A stretch of DNA of 64,000 nucleotides from Camelus ferus. Its lineage: Eukaryota. Within the stretch, counting starts at the first letter, position 1. Each line of letters opens with the position of its first letter. The position numbers and the translations under genes are program-made. The notes below the pieces were generated by a model. That model had not been told where the DNA came from, ran no database searches, and saw nothing but the letters and a program-made list of their open reading frames with translations. Positions 26,400 to 41,000 of this stretch are shown one piece after another. The stretch lies in the NCBI RefSeq assembly GCF_009834535.1, contig NC_045697.1, forward strand, positions 92,816,001-92,880,000. Reading direction: 5' to 3'.

Positions 26400-28150
26400 G
26401 TCCTCTCGGCCCCGGCAGCTTGCTAAGCAGAGAGTCTAGTGACCTACTTTATCTTCTAGTTCTTTGATACTCCTGCATCAGCCTTCCTTCCCAGGTGGTG
26501 CACTTTTCATCCATGGAGGGGATCCTTAGAAACGCCAGTGCAAAAAAAGGGCTCTAAATTAACTCACAGTTTGTGACTTTCCCAGTGGCAGTCTGCGTGG
26601 GCTATGAAACAACCAAGAAGTGTGTGTTAACAATATGAGAGAATAACTTTGACCAGGACTAAAAGGCAGGAGATCAAAAGGAGCCAGCAGGAAGAAGACT
26701 TGGCTCTTTTTGTTTACATGCCATCCTGTCACAGCAGGGAACTGCCTTCTATTTGGAAGTCAGTGTGTGACATTCTGCTGAGTCCTTTTAGAGAATGATC
26801 ATTGGATCATGAAACAACATGTGACTGTACGAACATAGCTTCCAATGATGAATTGGATGCCTTAAGAACCTGTGACACATGACATCAAGTGGAAATAGCC
26901 AAAATCCATTATACAATGTAAGTGATATCTCCATCTTGAGTAAGTCCAAAAGTCATGAGAAAATTGCATGAGCAGATGGCCCAGACCTGACATAACATGC
27001 CTCCATTGTACTGATGCCTCTTGGGGTTTCTTAGCTGATGAAGAGGGAAAAGATTCAGGTAAAGTTTTCAGACTATTAAGTGTGATATGTTGGTTCTAGC
27101 TGCAAAAAGAGTGCTGCTGCATAATAACCCCACTCAGAGAGAGGCACAAAGGACGGAGATAAAAGAAATCATCTGGGTGGGCAGATCCATTGGCATTATC
27201 CCTGGACATCCACTTCGTGTGAGGAAAGACTAAGTTACAGATTTTCACCGATATTCCCTGACTGCTAGATGTTAGCAAACAGCAGCAGAGACTGACTAAG
27301 AACTCTGACTCAGAACTACTGTTTCTAGAGAACACAACATCATATCCTGACAGCAGCAGTAAGTTATATTGAACCCCTTTCACCATAAAGGAGGCAGCAA
27401 ATTGTCTTTACTGAGATACAAATATATATACATATATATCTCCAGTGACTATGGGTTTGACTCAGCTATCGCCATATCCAAGGCTTACGGAATGCCTCAT
27501 CTGTTGATGTGTTGCCCCATGCAATATTACCACACATTGAAGAATCATTTTTGTAGCCCCCAAAATTGCAGTTAATGAGCTCCTAACTATGCAGTTCTTG
27601 AGTCTTACATGATTCTTGAGTCTCACCATATGATTCATTATCAAATTTTGTCTAAAATAAAGAACAGAATATTTGGAACGTTTAGCTAAGATGACAGACA
27701 GGGGTATTGACTTGACTAATTGTAACACTGTCCTTTTGGAATACATGAATTTAAAAATCAAAGCATAAAAGTAGGATTTTTTCCCCTCTCTCCACTACTA
27801 TGAATGAGTGACCTGAAAATTTTACTCTTTCCATCTTTATACCCTAGATTATGACAGGTAATACATCCTTATTCTTAACAGGGAAATACTTTCACAAAGG
27901 ACTTCCTAGTGGGAATAGGGAAGATTTCATCGAAGTAGAGGTTGAGACTCACCTGAAACTCAGTGCTATCCTTGGCCTTACTGCTGATTACTGGCCCTGG
28001 AAATTGGCTTTTATTACAAACCTAGCAGGGCAAACAAGAACTGGAAATACCAAAAGCGGTATATCCTCAGCCAATTCAAATTCAAAGTCTCTGTTGAAGT
28101 TTATTGTTAGTCTAGTCTATCATAATTATATCTTGATATATTCAACTCTT
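26400..28150 (+). mobile_element. ERVL-class internal (gag/pol) remnant
   Basis: Degenerate codons for ERVL tether and RNase H motifs: gtgactgtacga...ttccaatgatgaattgg (VTMRPELPIMNW-like), catcaagtggaa (IKWK), aaattgcatgagcagatggcccag (KLHEQMAQ), aaatcatctgggtgggcaga (KSSQWAE-like). Confidence 0.75.
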
Positions 28151-28299
28151 TAGAAAAAAATAGCAAAGTTTATCACCATCAAAATGCCCTATCTAAAGTG
28201 ATGGGTAAACAAACATATAAAGAAATTCAAGTTTTATATGCATGGGTATTTGCATTAGACTAAAAACTAACATGAATGTGAGGGTATGTCATAATTCTC

Positions 28300-30855
28300 A
28301 TCTCCATAATTGGTTGCCAAGTTAGTGTTTGTTACTCCCCTCCTCAAAAATCATTTCCATGTTCACTTTGTCTGTGGTTAGCACTTCAGCTTGTCTTTCA
28401 CTTTCCAGTTGAAAATGAAACTTTATTTTTGAAGAATCTGAATCATTTGATTCTACCTGTATTCTAACATTAACTTTTTTCCTTGGCCAAAAAAGGCTTT
28501 TTATTAAATAGACTGTTTCATCTAATCTTCTCTCTGGCATTATCTGGGAGCAACAACTCTATTTACTTTCAAAGTCAGGAATAAATATTTTACCAAAATA
28601 GTAACTTCTTTATCTACCTGTTAACCTACTGGCATGAGGAGCCTGAACTTGCCGGTGGGCAGCCTCTGATCGTATTAAATGGAATGATGGTTGCATTTCT
28701 AGAGAAAGGTTTCCATAAATATATATTTTTCTTATAAGAAATAAGGATTCTTTCCGTGGCTAAAGTTTTGTAATAGCTTCCTATCTTCAAATATCCAAAT
28801 GGCACTGGCTTTTCCAGTTATGTGTGTGTGTGTTGTTGTCATTTTGGGGTTTTGTTTATTTGAGTTTAATTTTCAATTATAACTCAAATAATATTTATAC
28901 ATTAAAATGACTAATAGCCACTTAAATTTCTTTTAAGGTTACCTATCTATCTGTCTATTTATCTATCAATCATTTATCTCTTCTTATCTCTCTTGGTGGG
29001 TTAGGAATTTCGGCTTGTTGTAATGTACCCCATCTTTTGTCTGTGAGAAAAGTAGCACCATTGATTTGTTGCTAGTTTATGGTATTTCTCATTCTTTATG
29101 ACATTCCTATACATTGTTTCCACATTTTCACTGCAACTTTGTGAAATATAACCATTCTGACAGTTTTTCATTCTACTTCTATGTAATGGGGACTACAGTA
29201 AGACCACTAAATCAGTGAGTATCAGCCTATTACCTTACTTTTGACTTTAAAATAAATGTATTGGTTGGAAGTAGTGCTGTGTAGGATATCATAAAATGGT
29301 GAATGTCCACAGATGGCAGCCCTGACAGAAGCCTAGTCGATACATACGTGACTTGCTCATGGCAAGAATACAGGTAAAAGTCCATATGCCATAGGTCTAA
29401 ATAGTTAGAAGTGCCAAGTCAAGTTAAATGGCATACAGCCTTCTTCCTGACAAATAGCCTTCTTAGCAAAACCTGGAAAGCTAAGTTTGAATATAAAACT
29501 CTTTACGTCCTTGGAGTTCCATGTCAGAGCTCATTGGCACAGGGAGAGGTAATTCTTAGGCCCTCTTACCAGGAATCCAATCTGCAGAACACCTTGTTTC
29601 TCTTTATTGGCTTGTTTACCTTTATCCTCATTTTTGTACTGATAGTGGCCATACCATGCACACATGTTGACAACCCAGTTCAACTAATCAATGAAAATGA
29701 ATAGCTGAAGAAAACTAATATATTCAGAATTGGTTATATGTCTCACTGGCTTCAGCAAATTTAATGTTTAGCAAATTGACCTCAATAAATCTGGATTTAT
29801 TTCTCAGCGCTTAAGAGCTAGTTGGAGAGGTTGTACATGATAACTATTCCTCAAAAAACACTTCTTTTCCGAACTTTTTGAATTATTCCTTCTCATATAT
29901 AATAAGCAACTTCTGACCTCAGAGCATCATATAGCTTGGTCCACCAGTGACTGAAGATTTAGCTGTTTCTAAAAGTGTATTCTTTCCTCCCTCTCAGAAT
30001 TCTGAGAACTCATTCATATTCTTATTACCAAGAGTTTTTTATGACTCTATGTTAGTTAATTATTAGTATTTTTTGAGTAGTCTTCTCCTTCCTGCTTTCA
30101 TTTTCATATCATTTTTACCACCACCCTCCCCCCACACATGTTGGTATGGACACAACTCATGTGAGTCGGTGTAGGTGTAGTGAGGAAAGGTTGTGAGTGC
30201 AGGGGGAGAACTGAGTTCATCTTACAAGACAGCATCCTCAGGAAGGGTTATCTGTTATCATCGCTTCCTTTCTACGTTAGCTTTTGGCCCTCTCTAAGCA
30301 AGAAAATAACTTCATCATAATAAGAGATGGGGAGATTCAGTAGGATTTGGTGGGATTTTAGGTTTTTTGTTGTTTTTTTTTTTTTTTTAACTTTAAACCT
30401 TTATACCCTCTCTGTTACACTTTTCAGGGTCCCACTCTTTCTATAAAAATGAAGAGGAGAGTCTGTCAGTTTTTAGGCTATATCTTGAATATTAGGATAC
30501 AATACCTCTAGGGATATTTACTTCCTGTTCTATTCTTTAATGATGTACAGAACTATTAACAATAGCTAATCCAACTCAAGTTACTATATTTTTTCTTGTT
30601 CTTCATACCATTTCAGGGTATCAGCCATTCTAATATTTAAGCTTAGTTCTCAATGAGAACTTCATTCCAGGTGACAGTAGTGAAAAAGGAATTAATCATT
30701 TCCCACTTCGTGTCACGGCTGCCAGATTCCTTAGCAATAGGTGGATTTTCCACGTAGCCTCAGCAAAGCCAGATAACCACTCCCAAACTTTCCCACCCTC
30801 TTCTCTCAGCCCCCTCCATTTTGTTCTCTTGATAGTGATTCCTGAATTAATCTTT
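28300..30855 (-). mobile_element. Decayed ERVL/MaLR internal sequence
   Basis: Patchy similarity to antisense ERVL/MLT internal sequence (e.g. 29150-29720, 30650-30850), adjacent to an LTR on its 5' side. Confidence 0.45.
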
Positions 30856-31450
30856 CTTAGTCCCAAATAATAGAAATCTACCATTGTCTATTTAAGCAGA
30901 AGGGGAATTAAATAAAATTTTAGATAACTAAATTAGCAAAAAAAAAAAAAAAAAAGCCTAGAGAACCAGACTCAGAAAATCTTCAAAGGAAGAAGTTAAC
31001 CAGTCAGAACAACAGAAATCTGGCCACATTCAACACTACCAGCAAAATCGTGCCCAGAGAACTTACCCATTGAGAAGCTGGCTCTTAGTTTTCAGAGCAT
31101 CAGATACCAAATCTTATTTCCAGGTGCTAGATCTTAATGACATGATATCTTTGCTCTCAGTGCTCTTCTGATGTCCCTCTACTTGCTGCCAGCATACCTT
31201 CCTGAGGAAGGCTCTCCCATCATTCCAGCATTTTTTGCCAAATTAGCTATTCATTACAAGTTGAGAGTGGTTGTGCCTGTTGAACAAAAGTCTGTATCAA
31301 TAAGCCTGGCCAAGTGACTCCTTAGAATTACCAGTTTCCAGAATAGGGCTGTAGTCCCTGGCTCTCATGACATTTCATATGGTGGGAAAAATCATGGATT
31401 ATATAACATTGATTGCATGGTAAGAAATCAAAAGATGTTGAATATCTACT
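30856..31450 (-). mobile_element. MaLR LTR (MLT1K/L-like)
   Basis: aatagaaatc...ttaagcagaaggggaatt...gagaaccagactcagaaa resembles the antisense MLT1 LTR 3' end. Confidence 0.55.
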
Positions 31451-31659
31451 ACATTCTACCCACCCAGCTGCTCAACACCAGCATGGTATTACAAATAGAA
31501 AATGGTGCTTCTGAGCACAGAAAGACTATCTTCTTATATAATCATTTGCTTATAATAAATAAAATCCATCCATTCCCTCTGTTAATGTGCTTTATTCCTT
31601 CCTGCCCCAGGGCAGAGGGAGAACTTATTTCCTGTTACTGAAATGACACCTCAGTTGTA

Positions 31660-31935
31660 GCTTAACAGTATCTACCAGAAAGTCTTCCCTGAAGCTCCAT
31701 CCTAGAGTAGGACAACCTGGTACATCTGCTCATAGCGTTTGTACTTCTCCTTCATGGTGGCTATAACATCAGTTAAACAAGGAATCTTGCCACCACTCAT
31801 TTTACATATATCTTACTTGCTAGAATGTAATCTCCAGCCTGTGTTGATTTTGTTCAGATATCATCCAAATTTCTAATGCTACAGCGACAATTTACACATA
31901 AGAGTAGTTAATTTTTTTTTTCCCAATGACTAAAC
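31660..31935 (+). mobile_element. L2 3' fragment
   Basis: cagaaagtcttccctga...gtacttctccttcat...ctagaatgtaatctcc...ttttgttca. Confidence 0.65.
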
Positions 31936-33058
31936 AAAAGGGAATGAAGGTGTATCCCTTATCAGGGCTAGACTTCTACCTAAGGTCTCTTGGACAATTT
32001 TGGATGATTTTACCCAAGGATTTGCTACAGAATATATAGTTTGACAGAGTCCACTTTTTACTCCAGCAATGAGAAATAATATTAGAATGATAGATTAAGG
32101 ATCCAGGGCTCCAAATTGTGACAAAAGAATATGGTTTTTGAAGCGATGGAGGGTACTTTGGAATCTAGCAACAACTAAAGAGAGATTATGACACTTCTAC
32201 CAAAAGATGCTTATTTCAAATATTCTTCATGTTATAGAATAAAAAATTATTTAAATACATTTTTGAGAAATAAAGGAATATTTTATGACATGGAATTTAA
32301 GATCCATATTGGGACTGTAATGAAAATTTTCAAGTGAAAAGCAGTATTCTTTCTGGTTGAGGCTGGAATAGAGCTGAGGGCTAAAGTTTTCATGTTTCCA
32401 CACATTCTCCAACCCCTAAGAGAATCGTGCTGACTCTGAAGACTATTGAAAAAATAAACAAACAAAAAAAACTTTCTTTCAATAAACATCACAAACAATA
32501 AATCAGATATGTCTTAACATTAAATGTTCTATATTTTACTTTGGTCTAAAAGAAAGAGATAACTTGTCAGCATTTATCTCAGTGTGATTCTGTGGGTAAA
32601 TAAAATAGGAAATTCTAGATACTAAAAAATTAAAATCTAGTTGCCAAGTTCCTGAGAGTATTTCATTCATAATTCTTCATGGATTTTTTCAGAATCATTA
32701 TTTGTAATGCTAATAGATTTATTAATAATTTTGTTCTTTCATAAAATATCAAATTTAAATAAATAATGCTATTATTTGAAAGAAAGTGGCAGGGAATAAA
32801 CTTGATCCTCTCTATTATTTTCCTTAGATGATTGGCAATATGAATTTTCTTTATAAAACAATACAAGTTCAAATTCTCTGAGAATATACTGCAGTATGCA
32901 TAATGGAAAGGTAAAAGTGTGCAGTGAAGTAAGATATTAATTTAACATGATTAAATTTTTAATGAAACTTTGTCACAAACCACCAACCACCAACTACAAT
33001 ATTTTAATATAAAAAGGATCTAACACCCACTGCACAATTGATCCTGGATAGTTACATT

Positions 33059-33078
33059 TTAATTAATTAATTAATTAA
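33059..33078. repeat. (TTAA)5 palindromic microsatellite
   Basis: ttaattaattaattaattaa. Confidence 0.9.
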
Positions 33079-33899
33079 CTTCTTCAACAATATAATTTGA
33101 TTCTATAGTCAGGCATCATGTTCTCCCAAACTCCTGCATACAAATGAATTCCTCACTTAAAATATTAGGGGGGAAACTAGAAATAGAAATTATCTCTCTA
33201 ATAAAAATAATAAACTCAAATTAAGTCTGATAGTTTTCTTGTAAATTTGGCAAACACTAAGTGCATCAGATAAAATTTTTAGGTTTTTATTGAAAACCCT
33301 TTAATAGTGTTTAATTCAGTTAAACCTAATATCGAAATACTTGACCATGAGCACACTTTAATTATATTTTGTGTCTCCTTGAAGATCAATCTGGATTCAT
33401 TACAATTTTCTTACATTTTCCCCCTCTTATTGTATATTCCTATATTTATAATTTTGCAGACTATGATTTTGAAATGATTCTTTGTAAATTTAGAGGAGAA
33501 TTATATATTTTGATAAAACCTGCTGTCATATCTTACAAGTTCTAATGATGTATTAAAGGTCAGCATTGATGTCAGTTCACAGATAAATTCTCCAAAATTT
33601 CTAAAGCAATTTTACTGCCATATAACGATTTGAGAAAATCTTTGTAAATATCTGTAATGATTCTATGGGCCTATAATATCTGGATTTCAACAGATGTTAC
33701 TAACTCTAGCTCTTAGAATACATTTTCTATCTGCATTTTGGGTTCAATATCTCCTGCCTTCTTATGAATTTTATACTGTTTCACTCTTTCTTTCTTTCCC
33801 TCTCTCCTTCCCTTCCTCCATTCCTCCCAGTCCCTACCTTTCTCTTTCTTCTCTTTTCTGGTCAGTTTATCCTAGTAAACTGGATCCATTCCATCGGTT

Positions 33900-34970
33900 T
33901 TAACATATCCAAGCTCTAACCAAACAATTTTAACGTTTAAAACTCAACCCTGGCACATTATATTTACTTCTTTCTCTCCTTTCATAGATGAACTTTTGGG
34001 AAGATATGTCTTCATTTTCTCAATTTCTATTTTCTCCCCATATAATTCAGGTCTGTCTGTCATTTAAATGTTCCCATTAAACCAGTTCTTATTATGGTTA
34101 CAATAGTCTCCAAAATAGCCAACAAATATTTTTTCCAGTACTTACATCATTTGACTACTTAGCCACACTTGAAATCACTCCCTGTTCCTTAAAATGCCTT
34201 CTTCCTCTGGTTTCTGAACACCTTTTTCTGGCTTTCCTCCTGTCTCTCTGCTTGTGCCAAATTGGTGATACATTGTTTTTATCTGGTGAGCATATTTTCA
34301 TCAGCTGCCCACTAGTAGTCACTGTGACTTAGTGTTTGGTCGCGGGCTTCTTCATGCTATATTCTCTCTAGGTTATTCTACCAGGCTCATGATTCAACTG
34401 CTCACAAGACTCACAACTTATATATTCAATTAGGACATCTCTCTGACTTCTAGGCTCAAGTTTTAAAATACATTTGTTTCAAAGAATCCTAAAACTCAAA
34501 GAATTCAAACTTCTTGATTTGATAAATGCTATCATCCATCCACTTAAATAAACCAACATCTCAGAAGTCATCTTTGACACTTCTTTTTTCTCAAATGCAT
34601 ATAGTTAATTCACAATTTAATCCTATTGATTTTATCTTGTTTCAATCTACATTAGCTTCAGAGTGGGTCAACTTCATGTCTAATATTGCTCAATTGAAAT
34701 ATATTTTCACTGCATCTGGAATGAATGTTCATCTAAGCAAAATCATACATTCCACTACTACATAAAAATGGAGTTTCCACTCCATTGCTTAAAATATGTC
34801 AACAGAATTTAATAAAGTCTTATACTTATTTGTAATATTATTTATTGATATCCTTTTCTATTATTTTAATAAAACTTACCAAAGGCAAGGCCCAAATAAT
34901 TTTGAGTCATTCCTTTATTGCCAGAAATTACTAGGAACTAATTAAACATTTTTTTGAAAGAATAAAGAAA
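33900..34970 (+). mobile_element. L2 fragment (about 1 kb)
   Basis: atcactccctgttccttaaaatgcctttcttcctctggtttctgaacac...tctggctttcctcc...agaagtcatctttgac...gcaagg...aattaaacatt. Confidence 0.7.
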
Positions 34971-37563
34971 CTGTCACATTGTGTTCTTCCTCTAAATGAA
35001 TTAAAATAATTTATTTTCCCCTCTAATTGTTTCCTTAAATATAGTATAATTGTCGCATGGTTAAGAGTGATACAGACCTGTGTAGAGATTATCCACTTGC
35101 TTCATTGTGGTAAATCAAGTAATAATTGGTTATTATATCATTCCTAAATCATATAATCAATAGACTTAAATTAAGGGTTACCAGTTAATATGAACTATTT
35201 GTTATTCACTTACTTAAAAAAAAAAACTCAAGTAAAGTAAGTATAAATTACATTTATTACTCTGACAGAGTTGGAGAACTGTTTTGTGTTTCTAACTATA
35301 AGAAATATCATTGATGGTCCAAAACATTACAATACCTCTGTTAAATTTCCATTTAAAACATAAACTGACAAAATTTCATTTTAAACTAAATTTTCACAGC
35401 TTCAATAAAAATTAGTAAAGAATCACCTTACCATTATTTTAAATAATTTAGTTTAATTTAGTTAAAATATACCTGCACTGTTATCTCACTGAGTATTTTC
35501 CCAGGCCATGTGAGGATTATTGAAAATATTTTCTCAGTTTTATGGAAAGTCAGAACCTTTGATCATATTCTATGGTTTTTATTTTGATTTCTGATTTTTT
35601 TTTAATTCTCTTGGAACATTTACTCATTATTATCTCTGTTTTCTCAAATTTTGATTTATCATTTGGCATGATACAAGATGCCCACAAATATGAACATTAA
35701 GAAAAATAATCTATGATTATATGTGATATACTCAATACAAAAGTATTTATACATGGTACAGCAAAAATAAATATAAGGCAATATATTTAAATGTCTTAAA
35801 CTTTTCTCCAAATTTTGTATGGACTAACTTCAATGATGATCTTGTGTTTGATAAATATTTTATTACATTTCAAGGACCCTGAGAATAAGTTTAAACCTCA
35901 GAACACCATTTTGGGCAGTTGTAATAATATTAAGGTAGATAGGGTGAAATTTGGATACATTACATAGTTTGCCAGAAAACATAGAAACAGTGAATGGCAG
36001 TGTAGATATTTTAAAATGTATCTATTAAACCCTGCAGTTTATGTATTTGAAGACAACTACATACTTTCTGCATTATTATAATTAAAGAATACCAGCAGTT
36101 TGCTAATTCATTCATCTCATTATCCTAGTGGCTCAAATTGAAATAATTATTAAATTGAAATAAGAATTGTGGTCATGACAGTTTTTCATTTTGTATTTTT
36201 CCAGAATATTACAGGTAGCTCATTTTATTTGGAATAAATTCAATTACAGTGTTTATTTATACCTCTTGTTCTGAGTACAAAGAAAAAGCCAAACATGGTT
36301 ACATCATGGAAAGTGTCAAAAGGTTGGTAAAAGGGATATTTTGAGATATTTGGGGTATTTAAATGCAGAGCTGAATAAAAGCTTCTTATAAATCTTTAGC
36401 TGTAAGCACAACATACTCAAAGTCATAATCATTGATAACAGCAAAAGCAAGTTCATAGAGAATTGCCCTGATAATAGCTGGGCTCAGAGAAATACATTAA
36501 TGTGCAAGGAATGTCTATAGATAGGGTGAAATGAAGAGAAGTCAGTGGGAAAAAACACATTTATAATATACTATGCAGAATCACTAAAGCAATAGCTTTG
36601 GAAACCTCATGTCAGAAAATCTTGTGTGTCTGAATTCAATCCAAACCTGTCAAAAATATTGATGAAAAAAATGTGTCTTTATATTTAAGTAAACATGAAT
36701 TTAACAACCTGCTCCTAAATTCAATTTTTTCCATAAGAAGGGTTAAGTTGTTCCTTACATTGCATTGTTTAGGCATGGAGATTTAATTAAGACACTGACG
36801 ATGCCAACAAAATTACTTTTTCACTGAAGCACTGAAATAACTATTGACAAATAACAAGTGTATCAAAGATTATAATCATGTTTCTGCAAATTGCTGTTAT
36901 AGCTATTTTCAATAAATAATTAGTTTCAATAAACCTAGTATTCTTTTTTTTGACACAGGTTTGATCACAGCCATTATCAATATTAAAACTGTAGTCTGTT
37001 TCTAAAACAGGATCTGAATACTTGTTAAACTTTTCAATCTATTCTACTATGTTACTTTACTTTAGGTTATCCAAGTCATATCTAAAGTTAGGCATACTTA
37101 AAGATTATATCTACGAAATGGAATCAGAAAATAGAATTAATTTCGTCCTTCCAAAAAAATTCATGTCAAAAGACATGCACAGATAAGTATGCACATAATA
37201 CATGTTGGAGAGGGACACTTGACAAGTCTGAATGGTTTCTGAAGTTTTTCTTAATAGAAATATTCTTGCTTGTTTGCAAAGGCATATTTTCCTCTTCAAC
37301 TTTAAATAAACAGTCTAAAATTAGTCACAGTCTTAGTTCCTTGCTCTGGATTATTTAAAACTCTTAAGTTGAAAATTAAATGAATCCATGTTGCAGACAG
37401 CCCTATCCATATTGTCTTGAAATGCACTTTATTATGATTCGCTATAACTCATAAAATTACTAAGCCATATTACTATCTAGCAAATTCATGACGATTTCTG
37501 AAGTGTAGCAATATAACAAATAAAGAGAAATGGTTCACGTATTAAATTTTAGTATTTTGGCCT

Positions 37564-38042
37564 GATATTATTCAGGCATAAAAAAGAAGGAAATCCTGCC
37601 ATTTGCAATAACATGGATGGATCTTGAGGGCATAATACTAAGTGAAATAAATCAGAGAAAGACAAATACTGTATGATCTCACTTACATGTAGAATCTTAA
37701 AAAAATGAAGTCAAACAGAGAACAGATTCGTAGTTGCCAGAGGCAGGGGGTTGGGGAAGTGGGAGAAATAGGTGGTCAAGAGATACAAAATTCTAGTTAT
37801 AAGAATTTTACTAGAATGTGATGTACAGCATGGGGATTAGAGTTAATAATACTGTATTGTATATTTGAAAGTTACTAACAGAGTAGATCATAAATGTCTC
37901 ATCACAAGAAAAAAAATTAATTATGTGAGGTGATGGATGTTACCTAAACATTGTGGTAACCATATATACATATATCAAATCATTGTATACCTTAAATTAA
38001 AATGTTATATGACAATTATATCTCAATAAAGCTGGACAAAAA
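37564..38042 (+). mobile_element. L1 3' end (L1MA9-like) with TSD
   Basis: aaagaaggaaatcctgccatttgc...aattatatctcaataaagctgg. TSD tattttggcct (37553-37563) / tattttggtct (38043-38053). Confidence 0.92.
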
Positions 38043-41000
38043 TATTTTGGTCTAGAAATATTTCCAAGGATTGGAATAACAGTAGCTGACTTAATCTCAA
38101 CCTAAGATAGTCTTTTCTTGGCTATGCCTGTTCCAAAGGTATCCAGGAGTAAGGGATTTTGTAAAATGCATTTCAATTTATTTCAGATAGCAAGTACTCC
38201 AGTGATGATATTAATTGTAAGATTTCGCTGAGAGAAATTAAAATTAACATAAAAGGAAAAGGAGTAAAGGAAACATGTCAATTCCTGTATCTTACTAAAG
38301 TATAATACATAATACCATAATTGACAATAGCAAAACCCTGTGATCAAATACTCACATTTTTCTGTGAAAGGATTGTGGGCTTTCTAGCCCGAATTAAGAG
38401 ACAGGGTGTTTTATGCTGGGCAACACTGGGAAACTGGTAACAAAAGACAGTATAACAAAGGAAGTATTTCCCAGGAAATAAAAAAAAACTCAAAAGAAAT
38501 ACACACAATTCAATTTTTAAAAATATTGCTGCTTTTTTTTATTAGCCAATTATCACTCTAGACATATTTGAAAAACATGCAAAATTTTTCCCATGTTAAA
38601 AACTTTTAAATAAGTTGGGGAGGGGAAAATACAAAGATAAACACTTGTTGTCAGGAAGGATTTTTAGATAAAAATAACCATAAAAAGTCTTTTTGGTCAG
38701 AGCAAGGAGTAGACTTTCTGTTTCTGAGGTGGATTACCATTTCTAAAGAAAAGATCAAAAGCTAATTTCATGTAATTTAGTGGAGACAGCTTTTAGCGTG
38801 GATTCCTGGCTTTCCAGTATCAATATGTAAAAAAAACTTTAAAGCAGTTTTAAAAAGTACGTGCTATGTATCCAGTCCAGTGTTTGTAAGCTATTTTACA
38901 TCCTGGGGCAGCTCTTAGTGCTGCTCTTGTTCTTGCTGTTTCCTAGAAATATTAAGGTAAAGTGATTCTTGATCCAGTTGCAATGAAAGATATGTATTCA
39001 ATTTCATTGTTACTTATATTCTGAAATCGTAAGTTTTAGACTATCAATTTGAGACCTAGAGAAAATAGGGTAAATAATTTGTTAATTCTACTCCTTAAAT
39101 TACTATGACATTACATATAATTCTGTGACTGCTTGGGACATTAACAGACTACTATGAACATCATTTGCCTAAGCCTTCTATTCAGTGTCATTTACATTAT
39201 AATGACAGTGTCAACACCAAATGGAAATTCAGTTGGGGCAGTGTGTTTGTCATTTTGTTTCAAAGTAATAGCCAGTATATCTTAAGCGGTAAGTCTACGT
39301 TGTGTAAACAAAAATATATACTATTGCACTATGCTCTCTCCCTTTGGAGTTCCTCTGAGTCTTTTCACCAAAATATTCTCAAAAGTGTATAGGAATATTC
39401 TTAAAATTATATTTCAAGGGTTAATTCATATAGAAGAATAATGACAAATAAGAATGGTATATGTTCAAATGCAGACCTTGGTAAAATTCATTATACATAA
39501 TTTAAATAAAAATTCAATAAGTTTATGTCTATGCAATGCTAAAAAACTCCTTGAGTAATAAAATATTCCACTGACTCAAATTACATATTGTGTGTACATA
39601 TGATTCAGTAAATATATAGATACTCTTTCCTTATGAAAATTTTTAAGAACTTGTTTTGACAGTATATAGTTTGTTTAAAATCTAAAAGATGTTAGCAAAG
39701 AGTTTAATTAATTTCAAACATAACCTAATGGTAAGTGACCAAATACTGTAAGTCACTATCTTAAAACAAAGGACAAAAAAACACAAATGTTTTCTTTGTT
39801 AAAGAGTTTGGTTAATTGTTGCTGCCTTTGTATATTTGCTTTGGCATTTGAACAATATTTACTCACATAAACATTTTAAAAACAAAATATTTGGTCATGT
39901 TAACATTAATTATTATCTAAACCTTGCATTGCAAGTCAGCTTTAGAAACACTGCAGTATATGTGAATGCATCTTATTATACAGTCATTCTAGAAGAACAT
40001 GGATAAGAATATGCAAGTAAACGTATTGCCCATATTATACGCACCCACTCACACACTAGCATGAAATGGTAGTACGAATAATTGGTAGTTACATTTTTCG
40101 TTTTTTAATGAGGCAATTCCTTGCATCCCTTTCCAAGTTTTTTTTTTGAAAAAGTTCTTTCTCTTTTTCTCTCCATCATTAACCTTGTTCTTGCTGGTTA
40201 AATATAGCCACAATAGCTACCACTGCTCTTTATATCTAACATAAAGAGTCATTTCTGCAGGAGTTTGCATTCTCTCCAGCAGATTATGTTGCCATTAACA
40301 GATACAATAAGAATATAAAGCAGGAGTCAAAGCTTCTATGGAAGTCCAAATGAGAAAATAAACGCACTCACCTGGCAGCAAGAGTGATGTGGAGGGAGTG
40401 TGCATTCAAGGTTCGCCAGAAATTCATTGCTGTTACAACTTGCAGACTATAATGGCAAGACTGGATTCCACTTAGCCCAGCACACACATGGATTTTTTAC
40501 TAAATGATGCAAAATGCAGTTATTCAGTCCTTCTAAAAGAGTCTGACATTTAGTAGTTTCTGTTGTCCATTAATGGTAAACTAAGCAAGAAAAGTATTGC
40601 TAAACTTTTTACATGGACTCCTGAGCCCGCATTGCCTTCCACCTGACTAATCAGAATATGCTACAGTTTGAACAGTCATCATGAATAGACTGTACCTATC
40701 TATAAGATATTCTAAACTTTCCCTAAAACAAATCACCTTAAAAATAATATCTTGACTATCAAGAGATAAGACCCACCTAAATTATAATATAAGACTACTG
40801 TTTTAAATTATTTTCAACAATTAATATTTATATAATTAACTAATTGGAATGAATTTTGCACTTTTGGAATTTCACATTTAAATTTTAATAAAAGAAAAAG
40901 ATTTCTGTCTTCATCTTCATTGTCTCTCTCCTATACAAAGTGTGTAGTCACAAATTAACCCTAGTTTTAATACCGTTTTAAACAAAAAGAAATAACTAGC

